Origin: a virus
Taxonomy: Duplodnaviria; Caudoviricetes
Direction: 5' to 3' (one strand)
IMG/VR virus record: IMGVR_UViG_3300020404_002650
Span: 1,728 to 65,727 of that record
DNA: 64,000 nt
Below, piece after piece: positions 1-8,172 of the stretch (position 1 is the stretch's first letter; the number at the start of each line of letters is the position of its first letter). The translations under genes were made by a program, and so were the position numbers. The notes beneath the pieces were generated by a model. That model did no database searches. It worked only from the letters and a program-made list of their open reading frames with translations, and was not told the origin of the DNA.

Positions 1-1758
1 TGTGGTATCTGTAGTCGGCATTGAATTAATTGCCATGGCCAACTGTTTGGCCAATTCGCCAACATTTCTCTCGGGCAGTACCATCTCTGATCCGTGCAGT
101 GTTGCCCGTGTTCCAGACCCAAAGTCTTGGAACCCCGGAGTGCCGTTAAATGCTTGTGGCCCAAAACCGTCGTTCTCGTTCATGTCGATGATGCCATCTT
201 CTTTTCTGCCTTTTCCTAATACTGTATTTGTAATACTTTTTAGTTGGTCTGCCAGTGCTTTTGATATGTCGGTTTCACCGTCGACGAAGGCACTTATGGC
301 CTTGCCACCTATACTTCCCTCGTCAATGACCAATCCCTTGATCAAGTTTATGTTAACACTCTGTAGTTCTGCCTGTACCAGTTCTAGTTGATCACCCACA
401 GCAACCAATTTCTTGGTGTTGCCTTCTTGTGCTTCTAGACTTTTCTGTTGGAATGATGCCATGTCTGCCTGTTGACCCGCCATCTCGCTGAACACGTTCA
501 ATGTTTGTGCCGCTAAATCGTTTCCAGCCAAGGCCGCACTTGCTATTGCATCACCACCCTGTATGCCTGTGGTACCTATCGATTTGAATACACCGTCTAG
601 ACGTAACAACTCCTCCTCAGTGAACTTGCCTGACCTTCTAGTGAATCCCAATAGTGCTTCTTCGAACTTACCGCCTGAGAACACAGATAGACCTTTACCT
701 AGATCTCCTATCGGTACACCTAAACCTATGAATTCTTTTGCCGCCTGCTTTGCCGAATCTGGCAATAGTTTAAGGGCCGCAAGTACTCTCTGTTGTTGGT
801 CCGCGTCCATCTGTGCCATTTTGGCCGCAAACACACCGTCCGCCGCCAGTTGTCTGTTTCTCTTGTCAAGTTCTCGTACACTTTCACCGGTCAGTCTGCT
901 CAATGTCGTTAAATTTTTAGCATACTCCTTAGTGCCTGCTAGAAGTGTTGCCTGTGTAAGTTGTCCCGCTCGACCCCTTGCCCTCTCTATTTCAGCAAAA
1001 GTGGTCAAGAACTCTGTGGTCTCTTCCATTGTGATACCAAATCCGGACAGTTCTTCCATTGTGAATCTTTTCAGTTCTCTGGCAAGTCCTGTGATCTGAG
1101 GTATTCCTGCATTCACCGAACCAAACAGTTTTGCTAAAGTTGTTGAGTTGTCCTGTATCAGTTTCTGAAAATTCACCAACGACAGTCCTGACTCATATGC
1201 GAAGTTGCCCATGGTGGTCAGCGAACTTCCAAAAGTGGCACCTGACTGTGCAAGACCCTTGAACATCATTGTTTGGTCATCCAACTCCTTGCCGAACACA
1301 CTCATTATTCTGCCTATACCTGGAATTTCGTCCAGTCCGGCATCTAAGGCATCACCGAAAGTTTTGATGTTTGAGGACGTCTTGGCAAATTCAACACCTG
1401 TCTTTGCAACTGCCATAGCAGTCTTTAAGAAAAATTTACCAATCTCTACGAGAATTTTTTTGAAACTGAAAACACCCTTTGATGCTCTCTTGGTCTCGTC
1501 GCTGTGTTTTTTGATTACTTTAATGTTGTCGTCTATAACTTCGTTTTGCTCTTCCGTCAACACGTTATTGGCTTTGAGATGGTCCCTTAACTTTTCATTA
1601 CGCTTGATTAATTCTTTTACAACTGCCTCTTGCTTCTTGGCTGTGTCTGTATTTTTGATCAAAGCCTTACTACTACCCTGAAGGGCCTCCCTTATCTTGG
1701 TGATGTCTTTACCAGCACCTTCCAGTATCTTTCTTAGATCGTCATCAATGTCGGCCAT
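1..1758 (-). CDS. Tape-measure-like / baseplate hub tail-length protein, 3' end runs off the window
   Basis: Absent from the ORF track because it is truncated. Reads from ATG 1758 (MADIDDDLRKILEGAGKDITKIREAL...) and is still in frame at base 1. Helical, Ala/Gly/Gln-rich, with SGATFGSSL and a late FQDFGSGTRATLHGSEMVLP motif. The + strand ORFs here are its antisense shadows. Confidence 0.7.
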   Translation of the reverse strand, partial: MADIDDDLRKILEGAGKDITKIREALQGSSKALIKNTDTAKKQEAVVKELIKRNEKLRDHLKANNVLTEEQNEVIDDNIKVIKKHSDETKRASKGVFSFKKILVEIGKFFLKTAMAVAKTGVEFAKTSSNIKTFGDALDAGLDEIPGIGRIMSVFGKELDDQTMMFKGLAQSGATFGSSLTTMGNFAYESGLSLVNFQKLIQDNSTTLAKLFGSVNAGIPQITGLARELKRFTMEELSGFGITMEETTEFLTTFAEIERARGRAGQLTQATLLAGTKEYAKNLTTLSRLTGESVRELDKRNRQLAADGVFAAKMAQMDADQQQRVLAALKLLPDSAKQAAKEFIGLGVPIGDLGKGLSVFSGGKFEEALLGFTRRSGKFTEEELLRLDGVFKSIGTTGIQGGDAIASAALAGNDLAAQTLNVFSEMAGQQADMASFQQKSLEAQEGNTKKLVAVGDQLELVQAELQSVNINLIKGLVIDEGSIGGKAISAFVDGETDISKALADQLKSITNTVLGKGRKEDGIIDMNENDGFGPQAFNGTPGFQDFGSGTRATLHGSEMVLPERNVGELAKQLAMAINSMPTTDTT

Positions 1759-1788
1759 ACGGTTTTAAATCCTACCTTTTTCTACGCA

Positions 1789-1796
1789 TATAAATA
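1789..1796 (+). promoter_or_regulatory. T4-type late promoter TATAAATA
   Basis: Exact T4 late consensus upstream of ATG 1840; a gp55 homolog is encoded in the window. Confidence 0.75.
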
Positions 1797-1821
1797 TTGA
1801 CACTCACATGCAATTAGTGTA

Positions 1822-1829
1822 TATTTATA
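1822..1829 (-). promoter_or_regulatory. T4-type late promoter TATAAATA (minus strand)
   Basis: TATTTATA on +, upstream of the tape-measure-like ATG at 1758. Confidence 0.7.
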
Positions 1830-1839
1830 GGATAAAGAA

Positions 1840-2697
1840 ATGACAGAAAACACAAACCCACTAGGCAAGTACTACCGTCAACCGCAGGTGTACATCAAAC
1901 TACCCAGCAAGGGCAAATACTACTCTCCGGATGTATTCACACCTTCTGAGACAGGTGAGATACCTATACTGCCCATGACTGCCAAGGACGAATTAGCATT
2001 TAAAACACCTGATGCAATGATGAACGGACAGGCGACAGTCGACGTGATTAAATCGTGTGTGCCAAATATTAAGAATCCGTGGAAAATGGTCAACTACGAC
2101 ACAGACACAGTGCTTTTGGCCATAAGGATTGCCACATATGGCGAAACAATGGACATCACTTATGTAGTGCCTGAAATAAACCAATCAGCATCGACCACTG
2201 TCAACTTACCGGCTATGCTCGAAGGTGTATCAAACATAGATCCACAGGATTACGCCACTACAAAATCAGGATTTAAAATTAAGATTGATCCACTTACCTA
2301 TGACAAACTGAGTAAGATACAAGTGGCACAGTTCGAACAACAGAAGATATATTCGAACGTGGCAGAAAGTGGATTGACAGAAGCACAGAAGTCAGAAAGG
2401 TTTGCAGAAAGTTATAGAAAAATGCAAAACATAAATGTCGAATTACTGATCGACAGTATAGCAGAGATAACCACACCTGAAGGACAAACAGTCAAAGATG
2501 GTAAACAGATATTTGATTTCATATCAAACTGTGACACGAAGATCACAAAAGAGATAGAAATTGTTTTAGGAGAATTAAGATCACAATGTTCAATGAAGCC
2601 ATTACAAGTTAAGGCAACGGAAGAACAGATTAAGAAGGGTGTACCTGCCTCGTATGAGGTTCCTGTTACATTTGATACTGCAAATTTTTTCGGATAG
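1840..2697 (+). CDS. gp26: T4 gp26-like baseplate hub / tail assembly chaperone
   Basis: NPLGKYYRQPQVYIKLPSKG, PMTAKDE, LLAIRIATYG and C-terminal FDxxNFFG typical of gp26-like proteins; late promoter upstream. Confidence 0.7.
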   Translation: MTENTNPLGKYYRQPQVYIKLPSKGKYYSPDVFTPSETGEIPILPMTAKDELAFKTPDAMMNGQATVDVIKSCVPNIKNPWKMVNYDTDTVLLAIRIATYGETMDITYVVPEINQSASTTVNLPAMLEGVSNIDPQDYATTKSGFKIKIDPLTYDKLSKIQVAQFEQQKIYSNVAESGLTEAQKSERFAESYRKMQNINVELLIDSIAEITTPEGQTVKDGKQIFDFISNCDTKITKEIEIVLGELRSQCSMKPLQVKATEEQIKKGVPASYEVPVTFDTANFFG

Positions 2698-2921
2698 CGT
2701 TACTTTCAAAGTCGGATTCTGACATTATAAAATACCTTAAAGATTTCGAAAATGCCTCAAAAAATCTCAAACTTGAAATAATGAAGATATGCTGGTTCAT
2801 GAGGGGCGGAATGAATTGGCAAGAAGCCTTGAATCTTTCGCCTGAGGAACGTCAGATCGTGTCGCAACTGGTAAAAGAAAACATGGATACTACCAAGAAA
2901 ACAGGTCAACCTTTCTTTTAG
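2688..2921 (+). CDS. gp51-like C-terminal extension in the -1 frame of gp26 (first in-frame ATG at 2781)
   Basis: The -1 frame reads ...IMKICWFMRGGMNWQEALNLSPEERQIVSQLVKENMDTTKKTGQPFF*; the slippery site A AAT TTT TTC lies just before the gp26 stop. Confidence 0.7.
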   Translation, partial: FRIALLSKSDSDIIKYLKDFENASKNLKLEIMKICWFMRGGMNWQEALNLSPEERQIVSQLVKENMDTTKKTGQPFF

Positions 2922-2972
2922 AATATAGTATACTATAATGGTGTTTGAAAAAGCAGATAATTACAGAACATT

Positions 2973-3290
2973 ATGTCAGAACGAGATCTAGTTCGAGAAC
3001 TTAAAGAAAACATCAAGGAACTTACGCAGGACCGTGATGATGCCTTGGCGAAATGCAAGTCCAAGGAGAGTCGTATGCGTCAGGTCATGATCAAATTGGA
3101 ACACGCCACCGACGACGTGCAGAGCATGGGACACAAGATAGGTGAGCAGAACAAGAAAATGGCAGATCTCGAGGCCAAACTGGAGACCAAAGAACGACTG
3201 CTTGAACAGGCACTGGAAAGGATCAAATCACTGACTGATGACTCAACAGAAAAAACAGAACCCCACACAGACGATAAAGAACTGGATTAA
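2973..3290 (+). CDS. Hypothetical coiled-coil protein
   Basis: 105 aa, heptad-like K/E/L-rich. Confidence 0.7.
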   Translation: MSERDLVRELKENIKELTQDRDDALAKCKSKESRMRQVMIKLEHATDDVQSMGHKIGEQNKKMADLEAKLETKERLLEQALERIKSLTDDSTEKTEPHTDDKELD

Positions 3291-3756
3291 GGATTTCGTA
3301 ACCAAACCCAATCCGGTGTTCGGCAACCTACCGCCTTGTCCGTTTGCACAGAAGGCCATAATAGATGACAAGGTGGAGTTCGTGGAAGTGCCTCGCGACG
3401 CAGACTGGCGACAGGTGTACAGGCACATATGCACGTTCGACAGCACAGAGAAAGATGTGCTGTGCATCATATGTGAACAGGACACGTTCACTGCCCAGCA
3501 GACCATCAGCATGGCGGAAGAATGGTTCAACGAGAAGCAGATGTCACGTGATGTCGTGATACTGGAGGATCATCCCGACATAGACGAACACGTCAAGCAG
3601 GTCAAACTCAACAACGGGCATTACACACTCTTCCTGGTGCAGAGCCTGAGCAAGTTGAACAAGTTTTCAAAAATGTTGGAGTCAGGACCCTACTACAAGA
3701 ATTGGTCTAGTTCTTATCTGGAATCAGTGAAAGGTTTCCGAGCTCGGAAAACGTAG
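3238..3756 (+). CDS. Hypothetical protein (CPFA motif, DUF1415-like)
   Basis: WIKDFV...PCPFA and EDHP motifs. Confidence 0.6.
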   Translation: MTQQKKQNPTQTIKNWIKDFVTKPNPVFGNLPPCPFAQKAIIDDKVEFVEVPRDADWRQVYRHICTFDSTEKDVLCIICEQDTFTAQQTISMAEEWFNEKQMSRDVVILEDHPDIDEHVKQVKLNNGHYTLFLVQSLSKLNKFSKMLESGPYYKNWSSSYLESVKGFRARKT

Positions 3757-4474
3757 TCAGTTTGGAATCTCGCCTGCACAGTCGCTTGTACATCCTGCGA
3801 TTGTTGGTCCACTCCACTCCCGTCCACCATTCGAATCCACGCCACGACGCCTTGTACTCCGACGACCGCTCGTAGCCGGAACCCAGGTAGTAGAACGGCA
3901 CGTAGTTTTCCCTGGCCCATTGCAGTTCGAGGTCCAGCGTCATTGCGCCTATGGGTGCTATGTTGGCGTGTATGCAACTCTCCACTCCCGAGTACTCCAC
4001 GTGCGGATCGCCGATCTGTTGGTAGTCCTGGTCCTCGGCGCTGTACAACTTCTGTTTGGTGAAACCCACTATGTTGTCAGCGGTGCCGGTGTAGAACACC
4101 ATGAACCTGTCACGTGCATGATGGTGACGGAACGGTGTGTAGTCCGCGCCAAATTTTTTGCGTTTCATGTATCGTTCGTATATGTGCGGCAGTCCCAACA
4201 GCCTCACCATGTCGGAGGCCTCGATTATCTTGTACTGTATCTGTTTGCCGTTGAGTTTGTGTTCACGGAACCTGGGACGGTATTTCCGCATGTTTATCCG
4301 GGTCACACGTGATTGGTAGAACACCTCCTTGCCGTGCACCGGCTCGTCCAGCGCCAGCCATCCGTGATCTATGGCACCCTGTTCCTCGTCCGGTTCGAAT
4401 ATGCACATGGGTTTGGCCACAACAAGGTCCTGTTGTTCCTGTTTGCCGAACGTGTGGTCGAATAGCATCTGCAT
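3707..4474 (-). CDS. Bpt/ATE-like aminoacyl-tRNA-protein transferase (GNAT fold)
   Basis: C-terminal LELQWARENYVPFYYLGSGYERSSEYKASW resembles the ATE_C/Bpt signature (E-W-A...Y-Y-L-G...Y-K); N-terminal GW motif. Confidence 0.6.
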   Translation of the reverse strand: MQMLFDHTFGKQEQQDLVVAKPMCIFEPDEEQGAIDHGWLALDEPVHGKEVFYQSRVTRINMRKYRPRFREHKLNGKQIQYKIIEASDMVRLLGLPHIYERYMKRKKFGADYTPFRHHHARDRFMVFYTGTADNIVGFTKQKLYSAEDQDYQQIGDPHVEYSGVESCIHANIAPIGAMTLDLELQWARENYVPFYYLGSGYERSSEYKASWRGFEWWTGVEWTNNRRMYKRLCRRDSKLTTFSELGNLSLIPDKN

Positions 4475-4489
4475 GGTGTTAATACTTAA

Positions 4490-4895
4490 TGAGATTCAAC
4501 AGCCGGCTTACGCCATCTGAAACTTCGCTTACGCTCGTTTATTTTTTTAATTACGCTTCGCGTAATTTTGCGTCCCCTGTGGTAGATGAGCAGTCACAAT
4601 TCGGCTATTTCTAGCCGAACCGACTTGAACCCTGTGGTGAGTTCGCAGTCATCATACAATGCTGTCTTAACTGGGCGGTTGTGCTGTACCCATTCGCTTA
4701 TTCATCCAACGCGAGCCTATCATATCTTTGTATAATAATCTATGATAGACCTGGGGTTGCTTTTTCTCAGAGCCCCGATCATTTTTGCCATTTGCATCAA
4801 CGGATTCACCTGTCGCATTTCTGCCGCATTTCCGTGCTCACTTCATGGATGCTATGTTTGCCTTTGAGATTTTTTAAGAGTTGTTTGTGTGCCTA
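4490..4895 (-). ncRNA. Candidate structured non-coding RNA (or structured origin-like element)
   Basis: ~400 nt intergenic region with many hairpins; GAAA tetraloops and G-U pairs favour the minus strand; two repeated GACUGC...ACCACAGGG units. Confidence 0.55.
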
Positions 4896-4902
4896 TCGCA
4901 CT

Positions 4903-4931
4903 TGTTTATATGAGTTTTATTTTAAGGTCAA
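4903..4931 (-). promoter_or_regulatory. Putative promoter for the structured RNA
   Basis: Minus strand TTGACC (4926-4931) followed by TATAAACA (4903-4910); could be sigma70-like or late-like. Confidence 0.4.
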
Positions 4932-4949
4932 TCTTTTTGGCTTTAAATA

Positions 4950-5357
4950 TTGGCAATGTGGATTTACGAGCAAAAAGAAGTTGATGAATTACCAGAAGGA
5001 GTTGTAGGTTTTGTTTACCAAATCACAAATACAACTAATGGTAGGATGTACATAGGAAAGAAGTTGGCACGTTTCAAGCGTAGCAGGCCTCCTTTAAAGG
5101 GCAGGAAAAACAAGAGACGGTTCAGTGTAGATTCCGACTGGCGTGAATATTATGGATCAAGTGACGAACTGACATTGGATATTTTAAAATTAGGAAAAGA
5201 AAAATTTACTCGTGAAATATTATTCTACTGTAGGTCAAAGGCTCAACTGTCCTACATTGAGGCCAGGGAACAGTTTGCTAGAAAAGTACTTGAGTCTAAC
5301 GATTATTACAATGGTCATATCAGGGTGCGTGTACATGGCAAAGGAATCTTAAAATGA
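4950..5357 (+). CDS. denA: GIY-YIG endonuclease, T4 endonuclease II (DenA)-like
   Basis: GFVYQITN...MYIGKK, DWREYYGSS, YYNGHI; ~135 aa. Confidence 0.8.
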   Translation: MAMWIYEQKEVDELPEGVVGFVYQITNTTNGRMYIGKKLARFKRSRPPLKGRKNKRRFSVDSDWREYYGSSDELTLDILKLGKEKFTREILFYCRSKAQLSYIEAREQFARKVLESNDYYNGHIRVRVHGKGILK

Positions 5358-6418
5358 TAATTGATTGCCATACAGATTTTCAACCTCTACAAGAGGTGTG
5401 GTTGGGATCACCATATCCCGTTGGATTCTATGACAACCTCGACACACAACTGCAAGAATGTTTTCATAGGCTAACAGAGGACACAATGGCAACACTATCC
5501 AAGATGGAAAAGGTGCTTGTTGACCATAATGTCATTGTGCGGAAACCCGAGTTCGACACAGATTCCAGCAATTACAGAGACAAGAATGACATGCTGATAA
5601 AACCTCCTATGTCTCCTCGAGACTTTGCTATGTGCCTTTCTGACACACTTTATTTCTTGGATCATGGGTGGAAGATCAATCCATACAAAAAGGTCATAGA
5701 AGAATATCAAAGCAAAGGTGAGAACGTACACATGGTAGACCGTAGCAAACCGTATGCTTGGGTAGGGTATGGAGAGGTCGTCAGGATGGGGCATGATCTG
5801 TACTACGATGTCGCCCTCGAGCAAAATTCTCCAAGGCAATTAAGAAATTGCACAGAAGGATTTAAAAATTTAGGAGAAGGGTATAGGAGGCATTTACTAC
5901 ACTTTGGGGGACACGCAGACGGTGTATTCTGTCCGGTAAAGGAGGGAGTGATAATATCAACACACTACGGAGAGAAGGAAATATACGACCAAACGTTCCC
6001 TGGGTGGCGTGTGCATTGGTTACCCGATGTTACAATACAAAGATTAGAAAATGCAAAGAAATCCAAAGTGATGCCGGAGTTCCATAAATGGTGGATTCCT
6101 GATAATTTTTATCACTCTCCTGTGTTTAACAAACACATAATGGACAAGGTGAGACATTGGACAGGAGATTCTACCGAAACTATATTTGACGTAAACTGTT
6201 TGGTTATAGACGAAAAAAACGTTATATGTTTTTGTGAGGATGATACAATATTAGAAATACTGCACAAGGAAGGAATCACACCTCACCTAATTGATCACCC
6301 AACCAGAGGATTTTGGGACGCCGGATTCCATTGCATGAGCACAGATGTGCGTAGACTTGGTGGAAAACAAGATTACTTTCCAACACGCCCGGTCGGATTA
6401 GAAAAGGAATACAAGTGA
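5354..6418 (+). CDS. Amidinotransferase (glycine / inosamine-phosphate amidinotransferase family)
   Basis: Pentein motifs FQPLQEVWLG, PRD, HADG, FDVN, GFHCMSTDVRR with catalytic Cys. Confidence 0.85.
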   Translation: MIIDCHTDFQPLQEVWLGSPYPVGFYDNLDTQLQECFHRLTEDTMATLSKMEKVLVDHNVIVRKPEFDTDSSNYRDKNDMLIKPPMSPRDFAMCLSDTLYFLDHGWKINPYKKVIEEYQSKGENVHMVDRSKPYAWVGYGEVVRMGHDLYYDVALEQNSPRQLRNCTEGFKNLGEGYRRHLLHFGGHADGVFCPVKEGVIISTHYGEKEIYDQTFPGWRVHWLPDVTIQRLENAKKSKVMPEFHKWWIPDNFYHSPVFNKHIMDKVRHWTGDSTETIFDVNCLVIDEKNVICFCEDDTILEILHKEGITPHLIDHPTRGFWDAGFHCMSTDVRRLGGKQDYFPTRPVGLEKEYK

Positions 6419-6999
6419 TCACAGAAAACTTCAAACAAAGCGTAGACTTCGTAGAGCAAACTATAAGGAACACACCTGTCAGAGAACATAAAGGGGTAAG
6501 ATATCAGATTTACGAAAATTTTTTTGACCCTTTATTTCTAAAAGATTTGCAAGAAGTCAAAAGCAATGAAGTAAAACTATCGTTGTTACAATGGCAGGAA
6601 GATCAAAACAGAAGAAGGGTAGACTACAATGAACCTTCATCAAAAATGTTGCAGATATTTTTCCATTCGTCCAAGATTATTAATGCATTAAAGGAACAAT
6701 TTCATTGCGAATCATTACGGCCAAAAACCACAGACATGTGGTTTGACACACAAGGCTATCAGATAGTCCCACACATAGATGGTGATTATCAGATGCAATT
6801 ACAGATATATCTAAATGATGAGGATCAACCTCCTACGGTTTTATGGGAAAAAGATGGTGAGGACTATGTGATGTATGACAGTGCAAAATACAAAAGCAAT
6901 TTTGGTTATTGCTTATTCAATGCCGGTCCTTCGTATCATGGAATGTCTGGACCTGTTGTTTCCGGAGAACGTAAAAGTATATTTGCTAGGTTCGAATAA
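6415..6999 (+). CDS. Fe(II)/2-oxoglutarate oxygenase
   Basis: PHID...QIYLN...YHG...RKS pattern. Confidence 0.75.
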   Translation: MITENFKQSVDFVEQTIRNTPVREHKGVRYQIYENFFDPLFLKDLQEVKSNEVKLSLLQWQEDQNRRRVDYNEPSSKMLQIFFHSSKIINALKEQFHCESLRPKTTDMWFDTQGYQIVPHIDGDYQMQLQIYLNDEDQPPTVLWEKDGEDYVMYDSAKYKSNFGYCLFNAGPSYHGMSGPVVSGERKSIFARFE

Positions 7000-7028
7000 A
7001 AAACCCCCGACTAATCCTAGCCGAGGGC
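6998..7028 (-). terminator. Rho-independent terminator after the Hc1-like gene
   Basis: Minus strand CCCTCGGCTA/TAGTCGGGGG stem (with G-U pairs) followed by a T run. Confidence 0.7.
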
Positions 7029-7055
7029 ATTTTGGTTTTGCAAATCCAAAAATCG

Positions 7056-7244
7056 TTACGCAGTTTTTGCCGCGTTTTTAACTTCTTGAATTTCTTTTCT
7101 TCTTGCTTTGATCAATTTTGAAAGATTAGCAAGTGCTTTTCTGGCTCTTGTTGCAGAAGCCTTTACGCCCTTGTCTACGAACTTTCCATTTTCTTCTGAA
7201 TAAGTTTGTATTTCTGTCATGATCTGTTCATGTGTTTGTGACAT
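7056..7244 (-). CDS. Histone H1-like (Hc1-type) small basic protein
   Basis: KGVKASATRARKALANLSKLIKARRKEI motif; GGAAGGA RBS upstream. Confidence 0.7.
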   Translation of the reverse strand: MSQTHEQIMTEIQTYSEENGKFVDKGVKASATRARKALANLSKLIKARRKEIQEVKNAAKTA

Positions 7245-7344
7245 ATGTTTTTTCCTTCCTATTGTCGTACGATATAATTAATTAACATATGTGTAATTTA
7301 AGCACTAAAGAAGTGGTTTGTCAAATGTTTTTTTTGGTAAAGAT

Positions 7345-8172
7345 ATGTTAGATATAGAAAAAATTAAAATTACCGATCTTAATTCGGTACAACTGAAGGC
7401 TCTCGAAGATAATTTTCTCTATGATCTCAAAACAAAATGGTATACCGAAGAACAAAAACCAATCGGACATGAAGAGTTTGTGGAAAAAGCCTCTGCTTGG
7501 TTCTTGGGTACAAAGGTGAACAATTTACAAGGTATTGAAAAATTTCCCTGTGTTGATATCATAATGGGTTGCACACACTTCATAGAAAGTCTTGTAAGCA
7601 AACGTAAATGGGAAATTCAAATCCTGGATAAGGAATATGCCTACTATTCTCTAATGGGCAAACAACCTACAAAGCCGGGCGAACTAAAACCCAACGTTCC
7701 TTTGATTGTGTCATTGCCAAATTATTTTTATGGTGATAGACCTGACTGGGAAGCAGTTTTGAAGGAGTGTGAACAAAAGAGCATTGATATTCATGTTGAT
7801 TGTGCGTGGGTAACAGCCGCAAAGGGATTCAATCTAAACTTTGATCATCCAAACATAAAATCTTTTGCAATGAGCATATCCAAATATAATTTTTCATGGA
7901 ACAGAATAGGTTTGCGTTGGTCCAGGCAAAGATCTATGGACTCCTGCACACTTATTAGTGCTCAAAAGAAATATCCAGAATTAACAACATCTTTTGGTGC
8001 TTTTTTAATGGACAATTTGCCCAGAGATTATGGTTGGGAAAAGTATGGCGATGTTGTCGAACAAATTTGTAAAAAATTAGATCTTACTCCCACTATGTTT
8101 TTTTACGTAGTAAAAGATAAATCTGGTAAGTTGTATTCTGTTGGAGAAATTTTAGGAAAAATTAAACTATAA
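7345..8172 (+). CDS. PLP-dependent aminotransferase-like protein (short)
   Basis: HVDCAW...SFAMSISKY...RIGLR matches fold-type I D-x-A and S-x-S-K...R-I-G; ATG 7345 preferred over TTG 7318. Confidence 0.7.
   Translation: MLDIEKIKITDLNSVQLKALEDNFLYDLKTKWYTEEQKPIGHEEFVEKASAWFLGTKVNNLQGIEKFPCVDIIMGCTHFIESLVSKRKWEIQILDKEYAYYSLMGKQPTKPGELKPNVPLIVSLPNYFYGDRPDWEAVLKECEQKSIDIHVDCAWVTAAKGFNLNFDHPNIKSFAMSISKYNFSWNRIGLRWSRQRSMDSCTLISAQKKYPELTTSFGAFLMDNLPRDYGWEKYGDVVEQICKKLDLTPTMFFYVVKDKSGKLYSVGEILGKIKL

Noticed and set aside
2-1681. Three + strand ORFs (129, 178, 158 aa)
   Set aside because: Antisense shadows of the truncated minus-strand tape-measure-like gene
4570-4780. tRNA/tmRNA-like hints (GGGGCU, GGUUCAAGUC, ACCA on the minus strand)
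   Set aside because: No acceptor or T-stem pairing and no cloverleaf could be built
4681-5007. 108-aa ORF across the structured region
   Set aside because: GTG start, no RBS, atypical Cys/Phe/Leu-rich composition; overlaps hairpins and denA
4950-5357. Homing endonuclease or RNA-guided nuclease paired with the RNA
   Set aside because: Size and motifs fit the common DenA-like nuclease; no extra DNA- or RNA-binding domain, no intron context, and opposite strand to the RNA
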